This document shows, in pieces, positions 1 through 9,563 of a stretch of DNA of 32,807 nucleotides. Location of the stretch: the NCBI GenBank assembly GCA_030587475.2, contig JAUQYZ020000139.1:1-32807 (forward strand). Direction: 5' to 3'. Within the stretch, counting starts at the first letter, position 1. Each line of letters starts with the position of its first letter. The notes under the pieces were generated by a model, which saw only the letters and a program-made list of their open reading frames with translations, searched no databases and had not been told where the DNA came from. Both the position numbers and the translations under genes were made by a program. Source of the DNA: Candidatus Sigynarchaeum calidifontis. GTDB taxonomy: Archaea; Asgardarchaeota; Lokiarchaeia; Sigyniarchaeales; Sigyniarchaeaceae.

Positions 1-2627
1 AAGATCGGCATGAATTTCTCCGCGAGCTGGGTCGCGTAGATCATCTTCGTGTCGAAGCCGCGGATGCGGAAGAGGCCGATTTCCTTCCGTTCCTTGGTTA
101 TCCGCATGAAGCTGAGGGCTGCAACGCCGAACAGCGAGATCCCGACCGCGAGCCAGTTGTCGATATCGAGCAAGTTGTAGAATATTGGCATCTCCAGGAG
201 CGGTTGCATGCCGATGGTGCTTGATGTGTCCGACATGTTGGTCATGGTGCGGTAAGTCGTGAAGTTCATGGCGGCCGCTGCGTCATCAATGTGCTTTTGG
301 TCAGCAAACGGGGTATCGATGCAAGTGGTCATGTACAGCTGTTCTTTGTTGTTTTTAAGCACGTTCCACGGGTTCTCGTTCAAGATTATGCGGAGATAAT
401 ACCCTTGTGTATCCATGATGAGGCCAGGAAATACCTTGTAATATCCCACGACGGTATAATTTTTGACGAACGAGACGAAATTTATGCCGTTGAAATAGGG
501 AACCTCGACCGTTATGATCGTGCCTCGCACGCGGGATGCCAGGCTGGACGGGAGGATCGCGGCATCCGGGCTACTCTCGACCTGGCTTGCGAGCGCGTGC
601 CACGTGGTTCCGTAGAGATACTTGTCGTCTTTCGCCGAGATGGTGTCGAGATATTCCGTGACGTTCATCATGTCGCAATAGAAGGCCTGATACGTGAAGA
701 GGGGATCCGCCTGGTTCGTGATCATACAATATGTAGAGACCACGCTGCTAGATCTCGTCACGTTTGCCATCGCTGCGAGCTGCACGCGGGTCGCGTTCAA
801 GTCACCGATCATCCCGTCGTTTTGTCCCGATATTTCGCTACCGATCAAGACATGCATCTTCTCCTCCCTGAAGGCCGTCAAGCTGGTGAAGGTGGTTTTC
901 ACGCAGAAGCCAAACGCGATGGTAAATAGCACGATCATGCTGAGCCGGGTTACCGTCGCCGACTTGGAGGTGATGTTGCGCGTGGCCACGTGCCTGAGCG
1001 GCGCCTTCGACCTGGGCAAGAAAAAGGTGCAAAGTCTCCCGAAAATGGTGCTCTTCTTCTCGCCGATGAGCTTGATCGTGGCCAATGCCAGGAAAAATGG
1101 CGAACCGATCGAGAGCGTACTAATGATGGGACTATACATGCTCATTATTTGCGTGAATGCCTGGCCCGGCGGCAGGACGGAGAGCAAGAGATAGAGCACG
1201 AGCGGGATCAAGCCGAACAAGTACATGGCAACGATGCCGCCAGTGACCTTCCTCTCCTGGCGGCTGGCCTTGACCTTTTCCTTCAGCGAATCGATCAAGT
1301 CGCGCTGGAAGGCGAGCTTCATCGGTTGCATGTAGGTGAAAAGCACGAAGAGGAAAGCCATGATTCCCATCATGATGGCATATACGGGTGCTGTCTCGGG
1401 GAATATGAACGGGCTGAACACGGCTTGGGCCGAACCATGCAGACCGAAAGGGGAGAACGTGGCCGCGATCGGCTGGAATAAATACGACAATCCCACGCCT
1501 GCCGCGGCGGAGATGGCGCAGCAGAACAAGCTCGATACCAGGATCTCGCCAAGGAGCACCCGGATCATCTGCTTGCGGGAAAAACCGCGGGACCGGAACT
1601 GGCCGAACTCGGTCGCGCGCCGTTCGAAGAGTTCCAGGCTGATCGTCTTTGATATATATCCCGCGAGGATGATGGCAGGCAAGAGCATCCCGACCATCAA
1701 GAGCAAGTACATCATTATGAAAATGATTACCACGGCGTTCATCATTTGGAGCATTTCCATCTCGTTGGAGATTTGATAGGAGTAACCCTTTTGCACAAGA
1801 CCAACGTTGATGCGGCTTGCAAGAAGGTTTACTTTCTCCACGATATCATTCACGTTAAATATGGTCACGCTGCTCAAGTCGATCTGGATTTTGAGAATCG
1901 AAAATCCAAAATTCTGCAAGTACACGTTGTCACTCTCCCCGATAAACCCGTGCAACCCGAGGAAATCTGGATACTGGATGAATATCTCGTCAGCATCGTA
2001 GCCCTCGGCGGGAAGAATGCCCACGACCTTGTACCCAGGTACCATTTGTTCCGTTTCCACGTTGCAGATGGATATGTTATTGTTGATCGTGATGTTGAAT
2101 CCGATCGCGACGGATTCAGAAACCATTATCTCCTTGCTTGCCACGGGCGTGCGGCCTATTAGACGGCGTCCAGGTCCTGACTGGCTATAACTGCTGAAAT
2201 CGTCTTTTACGACGAATTCTAGCTGATCGAATGCAGTCGAATTGAACACGAAAGTTGGCCAGTTGATGGTGTCGTTTTTCGTGAAAAAATACGCGACGGA
2301 ATGGCTCGTGGGGCTTTGTGATGAGACGCGGATCTCGTGGAACACGCCATCCACGACGTCCGTTCCCAGCGCGTCCGCCTCCAGGACCATGTCATCCAGG
2401 GCATCATATTCTGTCATGTTCAAGGTGTTGTCGAATTTACTCAAGCTGATTGGCCTGCGAAACATGTACAAGTATGAAACGCCCATCTCGTGACTCTGGT
2501 TGCTCGCAACAAGGAACAGCGCCCCGATGATGCTGATGGCGAGGATCAAGCCGCTCATGACGACGACGAAGCGGCGCTTGTTACGCCACACGAGTTTAAA
2601 ACCGAGAACGAAGCTCGCAAATGGCAT
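1..2627 (-). CDS. FtsX/MacB-family ABC transporter permease, large, 3' end runs off the window
   Basis: Not in the ORF track because it has no stop in the window. Manual translation from ATG at 2627 gives MPFASFVLGFKLVWRNKRRFVVVMSGLILAISIIGA (typical FtsX N-terminus). Near position 1 the same frame reads RITKERKEIGLFRIRGFDTKMIYATQLAE (FtsX 'R.KEIG..R..G' motif). The middle was not checked codon by codon. Confidence 0.85.
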   Translation of the reverse strand, partial: MPFASFVLGFKLVWRNKRRFVVVMSGLILAISIIGALFLVASNQSHEMGVSYLYMFRRPISLSKFDNTLNMTEYDALDDMVLEADALGTDVVDGVFHEIRVSSQSPTSHSVAYFFTKNDTINWPTFVFNSTAFDQLEFVVKDDFSSYSQSGPGRRLIGRTPVASKEIMVSESVAIGFNITINNNISICNVETEQMVPGYKVVGILPAEGYDADEIFIQYPDFLGLHGFIGESDNVYLQNFGFSILKIQIDLSSVTIFNVNDIVEKVNLLASRINVGLVQKGYSYQISNEMEMLQMMNAVVIIFIMMYLLLMVGMLLPAIILAGYISKTISLELFERRATEFGQFRSRGFSRKQMIRVLLGEILVSSLFCCAISAAAGVGLSYLFQPIAATFSPFGLHGSAQAVFSPFIFPETAPVYAIMMGIMAFLFVLFTYMQPMKLAFQRDLIDSLKEKVKASRQERKVTGGIVAMYLFGLIPLVLYLLLSVLPPGQAFTQIMSMYSPIISTLSIGSPFFLALATIKLIGEKKSTIFGRLCTFFLPRSKAPLRHVATRNITSKSATVTRLSMIVLFTIAFGFCVKTTFTSLTAFREEKMHVLIGSEISGQNDGMIGDLNATRVQLAAMANVTRSSSVVSTYCMITNQADPLFTYQAFYCDMMNVTEYLDTISAKDDKYLYGTTWHALASQVESSPDAAILPSSLASRVRGTIITVEVPYFNGINFVSFVKNYTVVGYYKVFPGLIMDTQGYYLRIILNENPWNVLKNNKEQLYMTTCIDTPFADQKHIDDAAAAMNFTTYRTMTNMSDTSSTIGMQPLLEMPIFYNLLDIDNWLAVGISLFGVAALSFMRITKERKEIGLFRIRGFDTKMIYATQLAEKFMPI

Positions 2628-2717
2628 GATGTGCCCCGTATCAATCGTTCTATCCGCGGAATATGAGCCCGCGCGTGCATATAAAACCGTACGGGCAATG
2701 AAGGCAAACGTAAAAGG

Positions 2718-3518
2718 CTAAGTGATTGGGATATCATGTAAATTCAATGCGCGGCTTTTTTTTTTCATGATTTCCATCCACGCGTCCTTGTCTTTCTGGA
2801 ACGTCGAGAGAAAGGATGCTTCCTCGAGATTAGAAGCGGTTTCGAATGAATCAGCGTATACCACGTTGTTCAAGCAGAATTTCGTGAACCGTAGCACGTC
2901 TTGGTTCTTTCTAGAGAGTATCTTGGCGGCCTGGATGACGTTATCCAGGAACTTGTCCTTGGGAAATATGTCGTTCACCAAGCCCAGGCCGTGAAATTCT
3001 CTTGCTGCATATGGCCGCCCAGTGAATATCATTTCCTTTGCACGAGCGAGCCCAACTTGTTGCACGAGCAATGTCATGCAATTGGCCGCGGGAATGATGG
3101 ACGCATCGATCTCGGGCAATTTAAAGGTGGCCGACTCGACCGCGTACCGTAAATCGCACGCCAGCGTGTACACGATGCCCATGCCCATCGCCCGGCCATT
3201 CACGGCGCATATCGACGGCTTGCCTTGTAACAAGATCCGGCTCGTCTCAGCTCCGAGCCGCTCCATGCGGGCGGTGATCCGTGGATTGTCCTCGAGTGGA
3301 TACTCCTTGAGCGCGTTGATGTCCATGCCCGTCGTGAAATTATCACCCGTGCCCGTGATGACGACCACGCGCACCTTGTCGTCATTTTGAGCATCTTTCA
3401 ATGCTCGCTCTAAGGATTCAAGCATGTCAGGGGTCAGCGAATTCGCTTTATCTGGCCTATTTAGGCGTACCGTGCGAACACGGCCCTCGTCTTCGGTAAT
3501 GATCGTTTCATCGGTCAT
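2718..3518 (-). CDS. Enoyl-CoA hydratase/isomerase (crotonase) family protein
   Basis: Motifs LNRPDKANSL, FTTGMDI, KPSICAVNGRAMGMG, LACDLRYA, FKLPE, AKEMIFTGR. ATG at 3518 is preferred over TTG at 3542. Confidence 0.93.
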   Translation of the reverse strand: MTDETIITEDEGRVRTVRLNRPDKANSLTPDMLESLERALKDAQNDDKVRVVVITGTGDNFTTGMDINALKEYPLEDNPRITARMERLGAETSRILLQGKPSICAVNGRAMGMGIVYTLACDLRYAVESATFKLPEIDASIIPAANCMTLLVQQVGLARAKEMIFTGRPYAAREFHGLGLVNDIFPKDKFLDNVIQAAKILSRKNQDVLRFTKFCLNNVVYADSFETASNLEEASFLSTFQKDKDAWMEIMKKKSRALNLHDIPIT

Positions 3519-3602
3519 CGAGATTTCACCTTGGCGATCCAAGGATCAATGCCGGGATTCTTGTAGGTTTTTTGAAGGTTGAACACGAGTTTAGATCATA
3601 TC

Positions 3603-5816
3603 ATGAGCGAGACGAACACGGCGAGCCCGCGAGGGCGCAATGAATCGCTTTCAACGGTCATGAAGACCACTTCTACTAAAAGAGTAGTCACTGGTGGGGT
3701 TATCTACACGATAGTCGACATCCTCGGTTCCATCTTCTTCACTATCTACACCATATCTGAAGCCAATTTGGATCCACACGTCGCATCAGTTCTCGCTGTT
3801 GTTAGCACATTCCAGTACATGCTGAAGGTATTCGCGCTGCTCGGCTTTACCGGGGCGGGTGCGAAATTCATAGCTGAATATCTCGAGCGGGACAAGACCG
3901 AGGCGCGCAAGTATGGTATCTCCGCGTGTAAGTACAATTTCTTGTTGTTTGGAGTACCAATTATCGGCGTGGCCGTCTTGATGTTCTACTCCAAGCTGCT
4001 CAGTGGCGATCCGGTCGAGATCCAAGCGTATTTTATCTTGATTTTCCTCGTCGCGATCGACCGGCTCAAGACCAATAGCGACACGTACTTGACAGCCTAT
4101 CAGCGCTATGACTTGTATGCCATTTCATGGGGTGTTCCATATGGTGCCATGTACCTCATGGCGGCCTTATTATTGCCGTTCCTGGGCGTTATCGGCCCGC
4201 TGATCGCCTGGACGATCGGTGAATTGGCGATGCTCATCTGGTCCACGTATTACGTGAAGAAGATCTCCGATTTTCCCGTTCGGGATCTTTTTTCATGGCG
4301 TCACGAATACAAGCTGTTCCGGAAGATGTTCTCCTTCAACTTTCTCTACTCCCTCGCCAATCTCTGCTTTTCCCTGCTCACGACCACGCTCCTGATCACG
4401 ATTGGCGCAAACCTGGGTATCTTGACGGATCAAGAGGTACAATCCTTGCATGTCGTTAGTACGTTCTCCAACATCTTGATCAACGTCTTCGGCATCGTCG
4501 CCGGGATCCAGCCCGCGATATCGCAAGCTTTTGCCTTGAAGAACAAGAAGCTGATGGAAAACTACTTCCTCGCGTCGGTGAAATTCCCGGTGATGATGAG
4601 CATAGCCGTGATAACGTTTTTTCTCGTGTTCGGTGAGGAAATGCTCGGTATCTTTTACGGCAGGAGATACACGGTCATCGGGTTGTTGATCATGGCATTC
4701 CTCATCCCGTCCTATGCTTTCGGCTCCTTCGCGAGTCGATACGATAACATCCTCGCAGGGATAGGTCGCCCTGAAACCGCCATCATTCCATGGTTCATAG
4801 GCATGGGGGTGGCGGTTCTCGGGATTGTCCTCACTTGGCTCTTCGTGCCGCAAAACATGTACCTGGTCGATAAAATAGTCCCGGTCTGGACTAAAGTTAG
4901 CCAGGATCCTGAAGCATGGGCATATGTTGATGTTAATTATGGGATCACGGTTTCATTCATATGCTGTTTGACGTCGCAAGCACTTGGACTCGTGATTCCT
5001 GGTGTCTGGATCGTTTGGATATCCTTGAAAGTAATCGGGACACGCGTGCCCCGAGAATATTTAAGCAAGCCCGTTTTTTCAGCTGCAATAACCGCCGGGC
5101 TCCTTATTATATTTAATATGCTTGTTCCGTTCAAGCAAGCACTCGCAAACGTTCTCGGGGCTGATGCAGGGGGCATCGCGTACACGGTCATCATGGTGCT
5201 CGACGGGGTCATGCTATATCTCACCTTCCTGGTTTTACTCGGAGGCTTCAACCGGGATGATGGACGGTTTTGGCGATCCGTCGCGGGCTCGATCCCCGTC
5301 GCGCGAGCATTGCTACGACCCATATTCGCATGGGGAAAGCTCTGCTTGAGAATCGTTCACCCCAAACTCCGAGCCCCAGATTACGCGTGGATCACGAGCA
5401 CGAAGAAAGAGGAAATGGAACGGGGGAAAGAATTTTCGATCGAAGACGACTTTGAGGAACGATATGGCGATAAACTCTCGGGTAATCGCGTCGTGGAGAT
5501 CGCGGTTCGGCTCACGGGCATCAAGGTTCCATACTACCACGGGATCGTCTATCCGAAGATCGATATGCAGCGGATTCATGAAGGGACCGTGTACATCGAT
5601 AAAATCGAGCACGACACGGTTATTCCCATCAAGTTCTCGCTCCCCAAAAAATTCAAGCCGGGTCATCACGAGCTCTACATCGATGTCGAGATGTTCACTT
5701 CACCAAAACCAGGCGTTACTTCCGACCAAATGAAACGACGACCCTGGCTCACCCGCGCGTTCGACTTTACCTTTGCATGGTTCGACGAGAAGATCCGGTA
5801 TATCACTATTGAATGA
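3603..5816 (+). CDS. Polysaccharide flippase (Wzx/MATE-like MOP superfamily) with a C-terminal soluble domain
   Basis: About 14 hydrophobic segments, MOP-like 'GFTGAGAKFIAEY' and 'IQPAISQAFA' motifs, and a hydrophilic beta-rich C-terminal ~150 aa. Start is uncertain (3579/3603/3660). Confidence 0.75.
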   Translation: MSETNTASPRGRNESLSTVMKTTSTKRVVTGGVIYTIVDILGSIFFTIYTISEANLDPHVASVLAVVSTFQYMLKVFALLGFTGAGAKFIAEYLERDKTEARKYGISACKYNFLLFGVPIIGVAVLMFYSKLLSGDPVEIQAYFILIFLVAIDRLKTNSDTYLTAYQRYDLYAISWGVPYGAMYLMAALLLPFLGVIGPLIAWTIGELAMLIWSTYYVKKISDFPVRDLFSWRHEYKLFRKMFSFNFLYSLANLCFSLLTTTLLITIGANLGILTDQEVQSLHVVSTFSNILINVFGIVAGIQPAISQAFALKNKKLMENYFLASVKFPVMMSIAVITFFLVFGEEMLGIFYGRRYTVIGLLIMAFLIPSYAFGSFASRYDNILAGIGRPETAIIPWFIGMGVAVLGIVLTWLFVPQNMYLVDKIVPVWTKVSQDPEAWAYVDVNYGITVSFICCLTSQALGLVIPGVWIVWISLKVIGTRVPREYLSKPVFSAAITAGLLIIFNMLVPFKQALANVLGADAGGIAYTVIMVLDGVMLYLTFLVLLGGFNRDDGRFWRSVAGSIPVARALLRPIFAWGKLCLRIVHPKLRAPDYAWITSTKKEEMERGKEFSIEDDFEERYGDKLSGNRVVEIAVRLTGIKVPYYHGIVYPKIDMQRIHEGTVYIDKIEHDTVIPIKFSLPKKFKPGHHELYIDVEMFTSPKPGVTSDQMKRRPWLTRAFDFTFAWFDEKIRYITIE

Positions 5817-5897
5817 GCTGGATGCCCGATCTCACAAAAATGTATCAATATTGATTTACAATTTTAATTTCAAACTCGTTTTTGCGTGATCCGGCAT

Positions 5898-5936
5898 GTT
5901 CATGTTCCAGATGTCCATGAACGAGTACTTTTTTTT
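5898..5936 (+). terminator. Putative terminator: hairpin followed by a T-run
   Basis: GTTCATG-N11-CATGAAC inverted repeat followed by an 8-T tract, ~80 nt after the flippase stop. Confidence 0.35.
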
Positions 5937-6224
5937 CTAGAAATGTACGTATAAACACGACAGCCGTTCTGGTCTCGATCCGGCGCGTTTCAGTCAAATC
6001 TTATATATCGGATCACCCAATCTACAATAAACATACTGACAATATTGGGAAATTAGGGTAAAGTGGGGATATCTTCAAGGGAATTGCAAGAACCCCTTGC
6101 ATCTAGGTTATAACATGAACCATATAGCGGCCTCCCACGCAGCCCTTATCACAACACAAGGTTAATAAATTCACCGCGCAATGTTACTATCATCGAGTGA
6201 GTAGAACGGGTGCTGGGTTCAAAC

Positions 6225-6500
6225 ATGGTCGGAGGCTTTTTTGAAACTTTCTTGGTGCAAATAACCCGCGCCATCAACGAGAAATTCAACGCGGGTGCAG
6301 TCGTGGAGGCAAAACACGTGCGAAAAGCCCTTGACATTCCGAGTTCGGATCGCTCGAAAACCATATTCATTTCCCGCGGTCTCCAGAAATTGCACGAGTT
6401 GGGTTATCTCGAGTATATCGGCAAAAACAGCCCTAAGAGATACAAGGTGATAGATAAAATCTCCATAGACGATCTCCAGCGGAAAATAATGGGAAAATGA
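6225..6500 (+). CDS. Small winged-helix DNA-binding protein
   Basis: Pattern AKHVRKALDI...ISRGLQKLHELGYLEYIGKNSPKRYKV matches a wHTH recognition helix plus wing. ATG at 6225. Confidence 0.65.
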   Translation: MVGGFFETFLVQITRAINEKFNAGAVVEAKHVRKALDIPSSDRSKTIFISRGLQKLHELGYLEYIGKNSPKRYKVIDKISIDDLQRKIMGK

Positions 6501-6766
6501 GGATATCCGGAAAGAAAAAGGTTCTTTTTTTAACAATGAAATCCCAGACACGAGTTTTTCTGTTATAAATGCCAAGAAAATGTCGATTTTTCGTACATGG
6601 CGATATAAAATCGGGATTACAAGAGAATCCGAGTATCGATGATGGCATCGATCCTTCACATCTTGCGAAGGATCGCAGTCCTTCGCAAAGAAGGATTGTT
6701 GGAAATAAAAGCGACAGTACTTTATGGATAATGAGGTAACCCCTCATCAACAAATATCCTGGTTCG

Positions 6767-8737
6767 ATGCCGATGCCCCCGCTCGATTTCCCGATCATCG
6801 CCGAGGCACACGATGCGATGCACGTGCAGCACAAGTATTGGTCGCGGAAACCGATTAACGTGGTACGTGCACACATCGAGGCATCGACCGCTCCTGGCGA
6901 TGTCGTGCTCGACCCATTCTGTGGTTCGGGGACGACCGTTTCCCAGTCCTTAATCATCGGCAGGAAAGTGATGGCATCTGACCTAAATCCCATTGCAACG
7001 TTCATTACCAGGAACACGATCGCGAGGTTCGACGTTGGGGAGCTGCTCGTCGTATTCGAACGGATCAAGGAAGCGATCGCGTGCAAGATCCAAGCCTTGT
7101 ACAAGACGCGCTGTCCTAGATGCTTGTCGATCGATACGACAGAGACGGTTTGCGTGCACTGGAAGGTGCACCATCCGGTCAAGATCTGGTACACGTGTTC
7201 CTCGTGTTCGTGCAAGGGGGGTAAAAAGGGATCTAGCAAGCCCGCCAAGCTCCACAAGCTGCCCGACAGCGAGGACCTGGTCCTTCTCGACAAGATCAAC
7301 GCGATGGATGTTCCATGCTGGTATCCAAACGTCGATATACCGCCCGGCATCGTGTTCAACCAAGCACGCCGCGATGTTACACGGTTCGACGAACTTTTCA
7401 CGAAACGGAACTTGATTGCGTTGTCATTGCTTCGGGACCAAATCGATCACCTGCCTGAAGGCACGAGCGAGGAGCGCGTGGTCAAGGAACAGTTCTTGTT
7501 CACGTTCACGTCTATGGTACATCTTTGCTCGAAAATGGCCCCGATCCGGCCGTCGCGCCCGCATTCGAGTTTCTGGGCCACGAACTCGTACTGGCTCCCC
7601 CGGCAGTTTATGGAGAGCAACGTGTGGGAGAAATTCGAATCGGCCGTTCTTGGGCCGCAAGGGCTCATCGCGGCGCGTCGTGATGCAAACAAGAAAATCC
7701 CGGAAAACACGAAACTTGTATCGTCATTCGAGGCACTGGCAAGCACCCCGGCACCGTGCGCTTGCATTATCCAACACGATGCCAGAAAACTTGACGAGAT
7801 AGTACCTCCTGCTTCGATCGATTACATTTTCACGGATCCACCCTACGCGGGCTCCATTCCTTACCTGGAACTGTCGACCCTCTGGTTGATCTGGCTCGAG
7901 AAGGGAATGCATGTAGGAGACCTGTACGAAAAGGAAATCCTGGTGGATCCAGAACACGGCAAGGACTTCACACGTTTTTGTTCCATGCTGGGTGCGTTCT
8001 TCGCCCGTGCCTTCTCGGTCTTGAAGCCTGGCAAATATCTCACTTTCACGTACCACAACCTTGATATAAAGGTTCGAAAGGCGATTCTCGGCGCGGCAAT
8101 GCAAGCCGGTTTCGATCTCCGGTCCATTATATACCAAGCACCCCCGCGCGCAAGCCCTGCCCATACATTACGACCATTCAACTCGGCCGTTGGAGATTAT
8201 ATCGTAAACCTCGTGAAACCGATCCAATCAAAACCCGAAAGGAAGGATTCGACAGCCATCGCGAAGCGAGATGGAGACGCAATCGATGTCGAAGGTGAAT
8301 TGGTAACTTTACTCGGGAATATCCTTCTCGATCGCGGTGAACCCGCGACATTCACGCAAATCATCAATTGCCTCGATGTCAAGCTATTCTCGATGCCTTG
8401 GTATTTCCAAACCGACATCGACCCGCGAGCGGTGCTAAAAAAGAATGTCGGGACATGCTTCGTGCCCGTCGCGGAGCGCATCGGTTCCAAGGAAGGTACT
8501 AAATGGTGGCTCGAGCCAGCGTTCAAGGAGAAACTGCTAAAAAATAGAGGCCAGCAAGAAGTAATCCCGGTCTCGCGCAAGATCGAGCGATACTTGCAAG
8601 AACACGAGAACGAGCTGGCTAACCTCCCACAAGCAGACATCATGCTCGCGGTGTTGAAGGAATTCCACGGGATCCTTCTCCCCGATGCGAAATTCCTTGA
8701 GAAAGCTATAAAACAGATGAAAACAAAAAGGAAGTAA
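6767..8737 (+). CDS. Amino-type (N6A/N4C) DNA methyltransferase with a Zn-ribbon insertion
   Basis: HKYWSRKP, SAM-binding motif I VLDPFCGSGTT, CPRC...CSSCSC, catalytic motif IV TDPPY. Confidence 0.9.
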   Translation: MPMPPLDFPIIAEAHDAMHVQHKYWSRKPINVVRAHIEASTAPGDVVLDPFCGSGTTVSQSLIIGRKVMASDLNPIATFITRNTIARFDVGELLVVFERIKEAIACKIQALYKTRCPRCLSIDTTETVCVHWKVHHPVKIWYTCSSCSCKGGKKGSSKPAKLHKLPDSEDLVLLDKINAMDVPCWYPNVDIPPGIVFNQARRDVTRFDELFTKRNLIALSLLRDQIDHLPEGTSEERVVKEQFLFTFTSMVHLCSKMAPIRPSRPHSSFWATNSYWLPRQFMESNVWEKFESAVLGPQGLIAARRDANKKIPENTKLVSSFEALASTPAPCACIIQHDARKLDEIVPPASIDYIFTDPPYAGSIPYLELSTLWLIWLEKGMHVGDLYEKEILVDPEHGKDFTRFCSMLGAFFARAFSVLKPGKYLTFTYHNLDIKVRKAILGAAMQAGFDLRSIIYQAPPRASPAHTLRPFNSAVGDYIVNLVKPIQSKPERKDSTAIAKRDGDAIDVEGELVTLLGNILLDRGEPATFTQIINCLDVKLFSMPWYFQTDIDPRAVLKKNVGTCFVPVAERIGSKEGTKWWLEPAFKEKLLKNRGQQEVIPVSRKIERYLQEHENELANLPQADIMLAVLKEFHGILLPDAKFLEKAIKQMKTKRK

Positions 8738-9546
8738 TGTGTCCAGGGTTAAAACGCGCAGCAGTGATGATCGCTATCATCTACGGCTTGCTCTCCTTGT
8801 ACATCGTTTTATTACTCGCCTCGGGGCCGGTCCAGAAGGGCATGATCGATTTCGTTTCCTTCTTCACGGGTTTCGGCACTAGCGAATTAGGCTGGATATT
8901 CCTTATGGCGTTCTTGTTCATGGCCGCCGGGAATTCTACCAACATCCCCGTCGGCATTCCTGCCGTGTACATCTTCGCGAAAGCCATCCCGGCAGGCGAT
9001 GCATTCTGGCCACTGCTCGGGCTTTTCGCTTTGACAGCGGGCTTCGGTGCGGGGACGGGCGAGCTCGCTGTCTACGCGCTCGGCCGGGGCGCAGCTCGAG
9101 TGTTGCGCGATAGGAAAGGCATCAAGAACCTTCAATACTTCGTCCGGCTGCTCACCGAGCGGCGTTCCCTCACTCCATTGCTCGTGTATTTCTTTGGTTT
9201 GACGCCGCTTCCTGATCAACTTATCATCATTCCACTTGGCGTCGCACGGTACCCTTTGAAGAGGGTATGGATTCCGTGTTGCCTGGGGAAGGCGACCTAT
9301 GCTTTCATCATTGCCATCGGCGCCACCGTCTTTCATCTCGCTGGTTCCGAGACAATCACCATCGCGTCGCTCATCCAAGAAGGGATATTCCTTGCGATCG
9401 TGCTCACGATCCTCGTCGTGTGCATCTCTGTTAACTGGGAGTCGATTTTCGAAAAACACGCGCGGAAGCGATCGAATGTCGTGGATTCTACAAGCACGCC
9501 CGCTTTAAACCAAGAAACGCTCGAAATTGGTAAAGACGACTTGTAA
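8737..9546 (+). CDS. DedA/VTT-domain membrane protein
   Basis: GFGAGTGELAVYALGRG and FFGLTPLPDQLIIIPLGVARYP...CCLGK are DedA-like motifs. The ATG overlaps the MTase stop (TAATG). Confidence 0.85.
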   Translation: MCPGLKRAAVMIAIIYGLLSLYIVLLLASGPVQKGMIDFVSFFTGFGTSELGWIFLMAFLFMAAGNSTNIPVGIPAVYIFAKAIPAGDAFWPLLGLFALTAGFGAGTGELAVYALGRGAARVLRDRKGIKNLQYFVRLLTERRSLTPLLVYFFGLTPLPDQLIIIPLGVARYPLKRVWIPCCLGKATYAFIIAIGATVFHLAGSETITIASLIQEGIFLAIVLTILVVCISVNWESIFEKHARKRSNVVDSTSTPALNQETLEIGKDDL

Positions 9547-9563
9547 CTCCATTTCTAGCTGGA

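Noticed and set aside
291-2721. Many plus-strand ORFs (291..929, 694..1194, 990..1481, 1336..1776, etc.)
   Set aside because: They are antisense shadows of the minus-strand FtsX permease and have no motifs of their own. The same applies to most overlapping ORFs throughout the window.
6433-7401. 322-aa minus-strand ORF opposite the methyltransferase
   Set aside because: Antisense shadow with no motif; the plus strand carries the clear MTase motifs.
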